From NCBI GenBank assembly GCA_044222475.1, contig JBGANF010000049.1:1-50015 (forward strand): a stretch of 50,015 nt of DNA. The letters are read 5' to 3'. This stretch comes from Polyangiaceae bacterium (GTDB taxonomy: Bacteria > Myxococcota_A > Polyangia > Polyangiales > Polyangiaceae). The position numbers were made by a program, and so were the translations under genes. Numbering within the stretch: position 1 is the first letter of the stretch; every line of letters starts with the position of its first letter. The notes under the pieces are model-generated. The model searched no databases. It was not told the origin of the DNA and saw only the letters and a list, made by a program, of their open reading frames with translations. Shown in pieces: positions 1 through 9,737 of the stretch.

Positions 1-18
1 CTAAGCTAGAAATCCCCC

Positions 19-1119
19 ATGGGTCGCACTCGCTTCGCTCAAGTCTCCTCGCTTATCGCCGCGCTCGCGGTGACCGTGCTCGCCTCCGGGACCGGGTGCT
101 CGTCGAACGCCGAGTGCGATCCGGCGAAGTGCGCCACGGGAAACTAATGCCTCCAAGGCTTCCCGAGCGCCGACGCCGAGCAAGCCGGGACCGGCGCGAT
201 CGTGAGCTGCAAGCTCCCCTGCAACAGCCAAGAAGGTTGCCCGTTCAACTATCACTGTACCGCGGCCGGCAGCACCGAGTCGTACTGCGTCGCGGATCGG
301 CCGCCGGGTGGCAAGCCCTACGCGAAGAAGGAGACCGGGCAGTGGGGCTTCGCGTGTGACCCGACGAAGGGGCTCGACAACAACCCCGCGTGCGACACCG
401 CGCAGAACTTCTGGTGCTACGCGTCCTCGCCGACCGACGGCGCTGCGTTCTGCACGCAGTACCAGTGCAAGGACGACGGCGACTGTCGCGGTGGCTACTA
501 CTGCGCGACGGTGAACGTCGCACCGAACGCCGTGACCGCGGCGCGCACCTTCGGCGAGACGACCACCGTCTGTCTCCCGCGTACCTGGACCGGCTCGCCG
601 AACTCGTTCTGCGCGCCGTGCAAGAGCGACGTCGACTGCCCGAAGAACCAGGGCATCGCGCAGCACTGCGTCGGCCTCGGCGACGGCACCGAGACGGTGT
701 GCGCGACCGAGTGCACGAACAACGCCAACTGCAACCGTGACGCGCAGTGCGTGGACGCGGGCCTCGGCGTGAACATCTGCGCGCCGCGCGCGAACACGTG
801 CAAGGGCGCGGGTACGTACTGCCAGCCCTGCCACTCCGACAAGGACTGCAAGAACGGCTGGTGCGTCGGCGCCGACTCCGGCGATCTCGCGACGTCGTAC
901 TCGACGGAGCACTTCTGCACCGAGAAGTCGAAGGTCGCTTGCGTCGTCGCGTCGAACAAGCTCACCGCGTCGGATTGTCCGGTCGGCCCCGCCGGCCCCG
1001 GCAGCTGCTCGCCGAGCATGCGCAACAACGTGGCCGTCTCGGGCCCGCTCGCGGACCAGTGCTTCGGTCTGTGGACCTTCTCCGGCAGCGGCGTCGTCGG
1101 CTGCTGGAGCGCCAAGTAG
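19..1119 (+). pseudogene. Cys-rich secreted lipoprotein interrupted by an in-frame TAA at 145-147 (pseudogene or sequence error)
   Basis: ATG at 19 is in frame with the 202..1119 ORF and encodes a lipoprotein signal (MGRTRFAQVSSLIAALAVTVLASGTG-C). The frame reads CDPAKCATGN*CLQGF with a single stop, then more than 30 Cys in C-x2-D-x-D-C-type repeats. Confidence 0.75.
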
Positions 1120-1122
1120 CCC

Positions 1123-4100
1123 TCAACGCTCGCGTTCGGCCAGCCTCGCGAGCGCGGGGAGGAGACCCAACGTCAGCGCCGTCGCGGTGACGAGACCGCC
1201 GATCACGACGGTCGCGAGAGGACGCTGCACCTCGGCGCCGGTTCCAGTGGCGAGCGCCATGGGTAGGAACCCGAGCGCGGCCACCGTCGCGGTCGTGATC
1301 ACCGGTCGGAATCGCTCCATCGCGCCGGCGCGGATCGCCTCGGCGGCCGAGAGGCCCGCGGCGCGCTTTCGCTTCACTGCGCTGAGGAGCACGACGCCGT
1401 TCAAGGTGGCCACCCCGAAGAGCGCGATCATCCCGACCGCCGCCGAGATCGACAGCGGGAGGCCGCGAAGGGCGAGCGCGACGAGGCCGCCGCTCGCCGC
1501 GATCGGGACGTTCAGGTAGATGAGCAGCGCCGACTTCGCCTCGCCGAACGCGAAGTAGAGCATCACGAAGATCATGGCGAGGGTGAGCGGCACGACGATC
1601 GCGAGGCGCTGCGTCGCGCGAACGAGGTTCTCCCATGAGCCTGTAATCTGCACGTAATAGCCGGGCGGCTTCGGCACCCGGTCGAGGCGCGACGAGAGCT
1701 CCGTCACGAACGTGGCGAGATCGCGGCCGCGCACGTTGCACTCCACGAGGACGCGACGCTTGCCGTTCTCGCGCCCAATGATGGCGGGCGCGTCGCCGCG
1801 CTCGACGCGCGCTGCGTCCCCCAGCGGCGTCGCCATGCCGCCCCGCGCGAGGAGCGGGATCGCGGCCAGCGCACGCTCGTCGGGAGGCGGCGGTGCGTCG
1901 AGCTTCAGGGTGACGTCGAAGCGTCGCTCGCCGAGGACGTAGAGGCCCGCCGGTCGACCGGCGCGGAGGAGCTCGAGCGACGAGCGAACGTCGTCCGGCT
2001 GGAGACCGAGGCGCCCGAGTCGTACCGAATCGGGACGAACGGTGACGACCGACAGACCTTCGAGCTGCTCGCCGCGCACGTCGGCGGCGCCGGGGACGCG
2101 GCCGACCTCGGCGAGGATGTCGGCTTCGAGCGCGCGCAGCGTCGGGAGATCGTCGCCGAAGATCTTGATCCCGACGTCGCTCTTCACTCCGCCGAGCAGC
2201 TCCTGTACGCGCATCTCGATCGGCTGGGTGAAGCCGTAGGCTGCGCCGGGGAGCGCGCGACGGAGCAGTGTCTCCATCTTCGCGACGAGATCCTCGGTGC
2301 GTTCTCCGGCCGGCCAGTCGTGCTTGGGGTGGAGGATGATGAAGACGTCGCTCTGCTCGAGCCCCATGATGTCGGTGGCGACGTCGGGGCTGCCGGTGCG
2401 CGACACGACGCGCTTCACCTCGGGCAGCGCGAGGAGCGCATGGCCGATCGCGTCGTTGCCGGCGGCCGCCTCTTCGAGAGACACGCTCGGCGGGCGGGTG
2501 ACCTGAACGACGAGGTCGCCCTCTTCGAGCCGCGGAACGAACTCGGCGCCGCGGCCGCGGAGCGCGAGACCACCGAGCGCGAGGAGGGCGAGCGCGACGG
2601 CGACCGCGACCCGCGGGCGAGCGAGCATCGCGTCGAGCGCGGGCGTGTAGACCCGGCGGAGCGCACGGACGACGAACGGATCGCCCTGGTGCGCCCCGCG
2701 GATCAGGAACGACGCGAGCACCGGGATCCACGTGAACGTGAGCACGAGCGCGGTGCCGAGCGCGAAGAGCACGGTGAGCGCCATCGGCCGGAACATCTTC
2801 CCTTCGACGCCTTCGAGGGTGAGCACCGGGACGTAGACCAGCGCGATGATGAGGACGCCGAAGACGACGGGCCGGCCGTTGGCGCGCCCTTCGTCGGCGA
2901 GCGCGCGGCGGACGTTCGTTCCGTGGAGCACCATCGACGCGAGCGCGCCCTCGATCACCACGACCGCGCCGTCGACGACGAGACCGAAGTCGATCGCGCC
3001 AAGGCTCATCAGGTTCCCGCTGATCCCGGCGACGCGCATCAGCGCGAACGCGCCGAGCATCGCGAGGGGGATCGCGCTCGCGACGACGAGCCCGGCGCGA
3101 AAGTCGCCGAGGAGCAGGAACAAGACGACGGTGACGATGACCCCGCCTTCGATCAATGAGCGCGCGACGGTGCCCAGCACGCGATCGACGAGCGCAGTCC
3201 GATCGTAGAACGGCTCGATCACCGCACCCTGGGGGAGGCGCGCTTGGATCTCGCCGATGCGCACCTTCACCGCGGCGACGATCTCCTTCGCGTTTCCTCC
3301 GGCGACCATCTGCACCATCGAGTAGACCGTCTCGCCTCGACCGTCGGCCGACGCCGACGACTGACGAAACGCGGAGCCTTCCCGCACCGTCGCGACGTCG
3401 CTCACGGTGACGAACGTGCCGTCGGCGCGCGCTCGAACGACGAGCGCCCCCACGTCGTCGGGGCTGCGGTACTGACCGTCGACGCGGATCAGCACCTGCT
3501 CGCCGCCACGGGCCAGCGCGCCGCCGCCGCCGGCCGCGCCGCCGGCCGAGACGGCGGCCTCGACGTCGCGCACGCTCACGCCCTGCGCGATCATGTCGGC
3601 GCTGCGGAGCCGCACCTCGAGCTGCGTCCGATCGCCGCCCCAGGAGTTCACCTCGACGACGCCGGGTACTGCGCGGAGGGCGCGCGCGATGTCCCAGTCG
3701 AGCAGCGTGCGGATCTCCCGCGCGTCGTGCCCAGGCCAGCTCACGGTGAAATGGAAGACCTCGCCGAGCCCGGTGGAGAGTGGTCCCATTTCGGGACGAG
3801 AGGCCGACGGTGGTACCGCCTCGCGAGCGCTCGCGAGGCGCTGGGCCACGAGCGCTCGTGCGCTCGCGAGCTCGACGTCGTCGTCGAATACGATCGTCAC
3901 GGCGCAGACGCCGGCGCGCGAGATCGAGCGGATCACCCGGGAGCCGGGGATGCCCGCCATCGCGAGCTCGACCGGGCGCGAGACGAGCTGCTCGGTCTCG
4001 AGCGGCGAGAGTCCGGGCGCATTGGTGAGGACTTGCACCTGCACGTTGGTCACGTCGGGCACGGCGTCGATCGGCAGCGTGCGGAAGCTCTGCGCGCCGA

Positions 4101-4182
4101 GGAGAACCAGGAGAACCACCGCCAGCGTCACGACGACGCGGTTCTGGAGAGACTGCTCGACGACCCAGCCGGGCGCGCTCAC
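1123..4182 (-). CDS. czcA: CusA/CzcA-family heavy-metal efflux RND permease
   Basis: 1019 aa; N-terminal LPIDAVPDVTNVQVQV; TM4 GAIDFGLVVDGAVVVIE (CzcA-type DFG-x3-D...E); C-terminal GAEVQRPLATVVIGGL. Confidence 0.93.
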   Translation of the reverse strand: MSAPGWVVEQSLQNRVVVTLAVVLLVLLGAQSFRTLPIDAVPDVTNVQVQVLTNAPGLSPLETEQLVSRPVELAMAGIPGSRVIRSISRAGVCAVTIVFDDDVELASARALVAQRLASAREAVPPSASRPEMGPLSTGLGEVFHFTVSWPGHDAREIRTLLDWDIARALRAVPGVVEVNSWGGDRTQLEVRLRSADMIAQGVSVRDVEAAVSAGGAAGGGGALARGGEQVLIRVDGQYRSPDDVGALVVRARADGTFVTVSDVATVREGSAFRQSSASADGRGETVYSMVQMVAGGNAKEIVAAVKVRIGEIQARLPQGAVIEPFYDRTALVDRVLGTVARSLIEGGVIVTVVLFLLLGDFRAGLVVASAIPLAMLGAFALMRVAGISGNLMSLGAIDFGLVVDGAVVVIEGALASMVLHGTNVRRALADEGRANGRPVVFGVLIIALVYVPVLTLEGVEGKMFRPMALTVLFALGTALVLTFTWIPVLASFLIRGAHQGDPFVVRALRRVYTPALDAMLARPRVAVAVALALLALGGLALRGRGAEFVPRLEEGDLVVQVTRPPSVSLEEAAAGNDAIGHALLALPEVKRVVSRTGSPDVATDIMGLEQSDVFIILHPKHDWPAGERTEDLVAKMETLLRRALPGAAYGFTQPIEMRVQELLGGVKSDVGIKIFGDDLPTLRALEADILAEVGRVPGAADVRGEQLEGLSVVTVRPDSVRLGRLGLQPDDVRSSLELLRAGRPAGLYVLGERRFDVTLKLDAPPPPDERALAAIPLLARGGMATPLGDAARVERGDAPAIIGRENGKRRVLVECNVRGRDLATFVTELSSRLDRVPKPPGYYVQITGSWENLVRATQRLAIVVPLTLAMIFVMLYFAFGEAKSALLIYLNVPIAASGGLVALALRGLPLSISAAVGMIALFGVATLNGVVLLSAVKRKRAAGLSAAEAIRAGAMERFRPVITTATVAALGFLPMALATGTGAEVQRPLATVVIGGLVTATALTLGLLPALARLAERER

Positions 4183-5321
4183 TCGAGCTCCTGACGGAGG
4201 AGCTCTCCTTTGAGCAGGAGCGCGCCGGCGGTGACGACGCGCTCGCCCGCCGTCACGCCGGTCAGGATCTCGGTGTCGTCGCCCGACGTCGCCGAGACAC
4301 GCACCGGGCGCAGCGTGAAGGATCCCTCTTTGGTACCGGCGACGAAGACCGACGTGATGCCGTGGACCTCGACGACCGCCGCGGTGGGCACGAAGATCCC
4401 CGCGCCGGCGTCGGCCGTCGATCGATCACGCAGGCGCACCTCGACGAACGCGCCGGGCACGAGCTTGCATCCGTCGCTCGGCGTCACGCGAACGGTCCGC
4501 GTCCGCGAGTCGTCGACCCACGGGACGACCCGCTCGATGGTGCCCGCGCACGCGAGCTCGGGGGCGCGCCGCGGCGTCACGGTCACCTCGTCGCCAGGCG
4601 ACGGATGGATGGGCGACGTCTCGGGCAAGCGCGCCACGACGACGACCCGATCGCTCGCGACGACGCGAAAGAGCACCGCGTTCTCCGCGACCGGTCCACC
4701 GAGGACCGCGGTGCGCTCGACGATGACACCCGCGATCGGCGCGCGAAGCGCGATCGCGGACGACGCGCCCCCACCCTCTCCCGGCTCCGGCGCGCCGATG
4801 CTGCCGAGGACCGCGCGCGCAGCGGCGACGTCGGCCTTCGCCGCCTGGTCTTCGGCGCGCGCTTGGTCGATCGCGGCCTTGCTCGTCGCCTCCTGCGCCT
4901 CGAGCTCGAGCTGGCGCGCGAGCGCGCGCGAGGCGAGGACGGCGCGCCCGCGCGCCCGCAGCATGTCGGCCTGTGCGCGACCGGCGTCCGGCGAGTCGAG
5001 GGTCCCGAGGACCTGACCCTTCGCGACCGCATCGCCGACCTTGGCGGTGAGCGTCGCGACCCGACCGGCGACGAGCGACGTCACCGCTGCGGCACCGGCC
5101 TCGGCGGAGTCCACGACGCCGGGGATCGTCGCCTGGCCCGACGCCGACCGTACGACGATCGCGTCGACGACGATGCGGCCGTCCTTCGTCAGCGACGAGT
5201 CGACGGTGACGACGCGCGTGAGCGGCGCGCTCGTCGTCGACGCGGCGGGCGCTGGCGGGGCCGGATCGGGTTTGCACGCCGCGAGCACGCACGCACAGGC
5301 GAGGACGAACGCGCGCCTCAC
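4179..5321 (-). CDS. czcB: RND periplasmic adaptor (membrane fusion protein), CzcB-like lipoprotein
   Basis: GTG at 5321 overlaps the upstream stop (GTGA); lipobox VLAAC; lipoyl motifs VGDAVAKGQVL and LRAPIAGVIVER; C-terminal EILTGVTAGERVVTAGALLL. Confidence 0.88.
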   Translation of the reverse strand: MRRAFVLACACVLAACKPDPAPPAPAASTTSAPLTRVVTVDSSLTKDGRIVVDAIVVRSASGQATIPGVVDSAEAGAAAVTSLVAGRVATLTAKVGDAVAKGQVLGTLDSPDAGRAQADMLRARGRAVLASRALARQLELEAQEATSKAAIDQARAEDQAAKADVAAARAVLGSIGAPEPGEGGGASSAIALRAPIAGVIVERTAVLGGPVAENAVLFRVVASDRVVVVARLPETSPIHPSPGDEVTVTPRRAPELACAGTIERVVPWVDDSRTRTVRVTPSDGCKLVPGAFVEVRLRDRSTADAGAGIFVPTAAVVEVHGITSVFVAGTKEGSFTLRPVRVSATSGDDTEILTGVTAGERVVTAGALLLKGELLRQELE

Positions 5322-6571
5322 GGCGTTCTCCAGGGGATGTGCCCGATCGCATGGCCGAACCGCAGATCGGCGCGGATCACGTCCGCGTACGCGCGCACGA
5401 GACGCTCTTCGGTCGTGATGCGGCGCGAGCGCGCGAGCAGGACCGGAGTGAGCCCCGAGGTCCCGACGTCGAGCTCGATGCGTGCGAGCCGTTCGGCTTC
5501 GCGCAGCGCGGCGACCGCGGTGAGGAACGTCGCGCGCACCTCCCGCGTGTGCACCCGCTCGTGGAGCGCGAGCCGCACGCCTTCTTCGATGCGCTTGCGT
5601 TCGGTGGCTTCGCTCTCGCGCTCGGCATCGGCGAACGCGCTCGTCCGCGCGGCTTCGTAGTCTCCCGCCCGCGAGAACGGCAACGGCAGCTGCAAGACGC
5701 CGAGGACGACCTGCTCCCCCGTCCCTTCGCGGGACCACGAGACGCCGACGGTCAGCGCCGGCGCTTGGTACGCGCGCTGGAGGATCGCATCGTGCTCGTA
5801 CGCGATCGTCCGTCGATGAAGCGCGACGAGTGACGGGTGCGACGTCGTCGCGATCGCGATCGACGACGCTTCGTCGGCCGAGGTGTCGTCGCTCGCGCGG
5901 AGATCGCCCCGCAGCGGCAGATCCTCGCTGGACGTCAGCGCGAGACGAAGCTCGGAGCGTGCCTCGACGAGCGCGCCTTCCGCGTCGAGCTCGGAAGCGG
6001 CGGAGAGCGCCACCTCCGCGTCGGCGGTCGCACGATCGGCCGGGGTCAGCGTCCCCGCGTCGACCCGCGCGCGGGTGATCCGCGCGAGCTCACGCGCCCC
6101 CTCCGTCGCCGAGCGGCGGAGCACCAGCACGTCTTCCGCCTCTCGGACCATCGTCCACGCGACGCCGGCGCGCAGGGCCGCATCGAGACGAGCGCGAGCG
6201 ACCGCCCCGGCGGTGTACGACAGCAGCGCATCCGCCGAGTCCGCACGCGCACCGCCGAGCCCGCGGAGCGGAATGTCTTGGTACAAGCCGACGAGAACCT
6301 CGGGGCGAGGTGCCCCATCGATGAACCGAGGACCGAGCTGCACGGACAGCCTCGGCGGCAACGTGAAGAACACGCGCGCGGCGTCACGCGCGTCGGCGTA
6401 CGCCGCTCGCGGCGCCCCCGCGGTCGCGACCCCAGGGCCATGGTCGGCGCCGAGCGCGATGGCCTGCGGCAGATCGAGTGCCTCGGCCCGTGCCCGCCCC
6501 GCCGCGAAGACGAGGCACAGCCCGATCACGGCGCCGAGCTCGCGCGCTCCGCGATACCCGAGAGGGCTCAT
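5318..6571 (-). CDS. czcC: TolC-family outer membrane efflux protein, CzcC-like
   Basis: Signal peptide; OEP-repeat-like helices (LDLPQAIALGADH, ARVDAGTLTPAD, ELDVGTSGLTPVLLAR); first gene of a coupled OMF-MFP-RND operon. Confidence 0.85.
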   Translation of the reverse strand: MSPLGYRGARELGAVIGLCLVFAAGRARAEALDLPQAIALGADHGPGVATAGAPRAAYADARDAARVFFTLPPRLSVQLGPRFIDGAPRPEVLVGLYQDIPLRGLGGARADSADALLSYTAGAVARARLDAALRAGVAWTMVREAEDVLVLRRSATEGARELARITRARVDAGTLTPADRATADAEVALSAASELDAEGALVEARSELRLALTSSEDLPLRGDLRASDDTSADEASSIAIATTSHPSLVALHRRTIAYEHDAILQRAYQAPALTVGVSWSREGTGEQVVLGVLQLPLPFSRAGDYEAARTSAFADAERESEATERKRIEEGVRLALHERVHTREVRATFLTAVAALREAERLARIELDVGTSGLTPVLLARSRRITTEERLVRAYADVIRADLRFGHAIGHIPWRTP

Positions 6572-6606
6572 GCATCATCGATAGCGGGTCGGGCCCACCG
6601 GCCCCA

Positions 6607-6622
6607 TCCGACAAATGTCGGA
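6607..6622. promoter_or_regulatory. Palindromic 7-2-7 operator upstream of czcC
   Basis: TCCGACA-AA-TGTCGGA, a perfect inverted heptamer pair, centred 43.5 bp upstream of the czcC ATG (6571). Confidence 0.7.
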
Positions 6623-6624
6623 GA

Positions 6625-8643
6625 TCAGGTCTGGTCCGGACCGACCGACTGCATCTTGCAGGTCGACGGCGCCCCCATCACGAGGCCGTAGGCGAAGCCA
6701 GCCGGCGACCCGCTGCTCGCGTTCGAGTACACCGCGTCGTTCTTCTGGGCGGTCGCGCGGAGCACGGCGATCCAGTCGTCCCCGGCCGGCGTGCCGCCGA
6801 GGAGGTTCTCGACGATGCGCTTGCGCCACGTCGCGACCACCGGGTCGGCGACGGCGACGTTGAGCTCGGCCTCGTACACCATGCCGCGGTTGTTCTTGTT
6901 CGCGGAGCCGACGCTCATGAACACGTCGTCGACGATCAACATCTTCGAGTGCACGTCCATGTCGCCGAACTCGCGGGTCGACGGCTCGAACGCGCGCAGC
7001 TGGAGCGAGAGGAACCGGCTCGGGTACCGCATCCGGAAGAGCTCGTTCGCCTGGAGCGACGGGAGGCACTCCGGAGTCCACGTCCCGACCGGCTTCGTGA
7101 TGACGACGAGCTGCAGACCCGGCATCGCGTCCATCCGCCTCGTGAGCGCGTCGTGGATCATCGGCATCCGGAAGTACTGGTCCTCGATGTAGATGAACTT
7201 CTCGGCGTGGTTGATCGCGTTGAACCAGGTCTCGGCGATCGCGTGCTCGAGGAACGGCGACGGCAGCGTCGCGGTCACCTGGAGGTCGATCCCACCAGCG
7301 CGCGGCGCGATGTCGCGCTTCACCTCGAAGCCAGACGACTGGTCCGAGTACTTCGCCTTGATGCCGCGGAGGAACTCCCAGCGCTCGTGGAACACGTCGG
7401 CGACGTCCTGAGCGGCCGGCCCGTCGATGCGGACCATGTAGTCCTTGCGCGGCCCGGCGTCGGGCATGCGCGACTTGGACGCGACCGAGCTCCGCGTCAT
7501 GTCCCACGCGCCGAACTTCATGCGGCGCGCGTCGTAGATCTCGTGCTTCGACGAGTCCCAGTCCACGTAGCGGAGGTTCATGCCACCGACGAACGCGACC
7601 TCGTCGTCGACGACCATGAATTTCTGGTGGTACGACGCGAGGGGGAGGTCGGCGCTGAGCGGCATCTGCGTGAGGTCCACGTCGTGCCCCGGAACCGGCG
7701 ACACGATCTTCGAGTCGACCTCGAGCTTCGGAGCGTCCTTGAAGGAGCTCCGCACGCGGTCACCGAACGCGACCGTCGGGATGTCGAACCGGAACTTGCC
7801 GCGCGTCTCGTTCGCCTGACCCATCATCTCGAAGTGGTCGCCCGGTGCCGAAGCGTGCGCGCGGAGCTTCGAGTCGGTGTTGAGGAGCTGGAGGAGCGTG
7901 TCTTGGCCGTAGAACTCGCCGACGAGGACGCGCTTCGTCGCCGTGCTCGACTCGAGCGTTCCGAGGATGGTGTTCTGCCAGCGCTGCTCGGACGGCGTGC
8001 CGATCGGCGAGCGAACGAGCTCGAAGTCGGACTCCCACCACCACGTGGAGGCCATCACGCTGCTGGACGCGCGGTCGAGATCCTTCTTCACCGTGGACCA
8101 CGCCTCTTCGCCGTCCATCATGAAGCGCACCGAGTTGCCGTGGCGCGCCGGCCGACCTTCCGCGCTGAACCACTTGTGGCGGAGGCCGAGGTAGAGCTCG
8201 TGCGCTTCGAGGCTGCGCCCGGAGAAGCGCGCCCGCGTGTGCCCGAAGGAGTAGGCGCCCACCGTTCCGGTCGGGTCGAGCACTGCGCTCGAGTCGGCGG
8301 TGCCGCCGTCGTATCGAACGACGATGCTGAGCGGCTCGTGCTGCGGAGCCTCGAGGCGGATCGTGTACGTGCCCTTCGAGCCGAGGAACACCGTCGTCGT
8401 CTCGGCCGGCTTCACGGCGACCTTGGCGCCGTTCTTCGTCACCGTCATCTTCACCTGCGAGAGCACGAGCGGCTGGGCCCAGACGTCGAGCGGGTGAATG
8501 TCGAGCGCGGCGCGGGCCTGGCTGACCGACACCTCGTCCTCGAACACGTCGGCGTCGTCACCGGGCGAGGCGGAGCATCCCGCCGACATCGCGGTGAGGA
8601 GGCTGAGGGACGCTACCGAGAACAGTGCCATACATGTACGCAT
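6625..8643 (-). CDS. Phospholipase D-family lipoprotein (two HKD motifs)
   Basis: YHQKFMVVD..AFVGGMN and VHSKMLIVD..SVGSAN motifs; EKFIYIEDQYF; lipobox SAGC. Confidence 0.9.
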   Translation of the reverse strand: MRTCMALFSVASLSLLTAMSAGCSASPGDDADVFEDEVSVSQARAALDIHPLDVWAQPLVLSQVKMTVTKNGAKVAVKPAETTTVFLGSKGTYTIRLEAPQHEPLSIVVRYDGGTADSSAVLDPTGTVGAYSFGHTRARFSGRSLEAHELYLGLRHKWFSAEGRPARHGNSVRFMMDGEEAWSTVKKDLDRASSSVMASTWWWESDFELVRSPIGTPSEQRWQNTILGTLESSTATKRVLVGEFYGQDTLLQLLNTDSKLRAHASAPGDHFEMMGQANETRGKFRFDIPTVAFGDRVRSSFKDAPKLEVDSKIVSPVPGHDVDLTQMPLSADLPLASYHQKFMVVDDEVAFVGGMNLRYVDWDSSKHEIYDARRMKFGAWDMTRSSVASKSRMPDAGPRKDYMVRIDGPAAQDVADVFHERWEFLRGIKAKYSDQSSGFEVKRDIAPRAGGIDLQVTATLPSPFLEHAIAETWFNAINHAEKFIYIEDQYFRMPMIHDALTRRMDAMPGLQLVVITKPVGTWTPECLPSLQANELFRMRYPSRFLSLQLRAFEPSTREFGDMDVHSKMLIVDDVFMSVGSANKNNRGMVYEAELNVAVADPVVATWRKRIVENLLGGTPAGDDWIAVLRATAQKNDAVYSNASSGSPAGFAYGLVMGAPSTCKMQSVGPDQT

Positions 8644-8762
8644 CGTGGCGACATGGTAAGCAAATGTCGTACCTCGTCCCCATCCGTTGAAATCATTGGA
8701 ATTTTTGGCTCCACCATGGACATACGGGGATCCGATCGACCATCGCCATGCCCCAGGCCGGG

Positions 8763-8778
8763 TCCGGCAATTGTCGGA
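8763..8778. promoter_or_regulatory. Second copy of the 7-2-7 operator, upstream of the HK-RR operon
   Basis: TCCGGCA-AT-TGTCGGA, one arm mismatch versus the 6607 site, centred 43.5 bp upstream of ATG 8814. Confidence 0.65.
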
Positions 8779-8813
8779 GACCGCCCGCGGTCCGGTTGTG
8801 GTGAGATCACGGC

Positions 8814-9737
8814 ATGAGTCGACCCCGGGCCGCCCTCGCCGTGGCCGTCGGCCTCGCCGCCGGGGTCGCCTACGCCGTGGTCAACCGTGCCTTCGACGTG
8901 CGCACCGCATACGGGTCGCTGCCGACGGCGCTCGCCCCGGTCCACGCGTTCGTCGATCAAGTGCTTCCGCTGATCGCCGGCGCGCTCCTCGGCTTGGCCG
9001 CCCACTACGTCAGGCTGCGCGCGCGGCTCGCGCGCGAGGAGCGCGCGCGGGTCGAGGAGCTCGAGTCGCGCCTGCGCGGAGTCGAGCGCGATCAGGCAGC
9101 GTGGGTTCTCGCCGCGTCGGTTCTCCACGAGGTGAAGAACCCGCTCCACTCGCTCGGCCTCGTCCTCGACGAGCTGCCGCACGCGAAAGACGAGCAGGAG
9201 CGCGCGGATCTCGTCGCCAAGGCGCAGGCGCAGATCGGGCGCGTCGACGAACGACTCGCGGAGCTGCGCCGCCTGCCGACCGGCGCACAGCCGAAGGCCG
9301 CGCCGGTCTCGCTCGACGCCCTCGCCGAGAACGTCACGCGCGGCTACGCGACGATCGCGGAGCGCGGCGGAGTCTCGGTCGCGGTCTCGACCGAGCGCGA
9401 TGCGATCGCGAGCGCCGACGCGGCGTACGTCCAGGTGATCGTCGAGAACCTCCTGCAGAACGCGCTCGAGTCCCTGCGAGCGCGCGGCCGCGGCGGACGC
9501 ATCGACGTCGACGTGCGGCGACGCGGAGCGCGGGTCGAGCTCTCGGTGAAGGACGACGGCCCCGGCCCCGACGCCGAGACGCGGCGTGGCTTGTTCGAGC
9601 CGTTCGCGTCGACGAAAGCGGGCGGCCTCGGCCTCGGACTCTCGATCGCGCGTGCGCTCGCGCGCGCGATGGAAGGTGATCTCCGCTGCGACGACGGATC
9701 GACGTTCCGGCTCGATCTCCCGGCGGAGAGCGCGTGA
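8814..9737 (+). CDS. Membrane sensor histidine kinase with minimal extracellular loop
   Basis: Two N-terminal TM helices; H-box LHEVKNPL; N-box ENLLQNA; G1 DDGPG; F/G2 LFEPFASTKAGGLGLGL. Confidence 0.93.
   Translation: MSRPRAALAVAVGLAAGVAYAVVNRAFDVRTAYGSLPTALAPVHAFVDQVLPLIAGALLGLAAHYVRLRARLAREERARVEELESRLRGVERDQAAWVLAASVLHEVKNPLHSLGLVLDELPHAKDEQERADLVAKAQAQIGRVDERLAELRRLPTGAQPKAAPVSLDALAENVTRGYATIAERGGVSVAVSTERDAIASADAAYVQVIVENLLQNALESLRARGRGGRIDVDVRRRGARVELSVKDDGPGPDAETRRGLFEPFASTKAGGLGLGLSIARALARAMEGDLRCDDGSTFRLDLPAESA

Noticed and set aside
820..834. CQPCH (CxxCH) in the Cys-rich lipoprotein as a heme site
   Set aside because: It is one unit of the recurring C-x2-C-x2-D-x-D-C disulfide repeat (compare CAPCKSDVDC); the His is probably incidental.
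4179..5738. Extended ORF-track starts for czcB, the RND at 22858, DUF3604 at 25703, the HK at 47123 and the zincin at 44385
   Set aside because: The extensions overlap real upstream genes; signal peptides and start/stop overlaps support the shorter starts reported.
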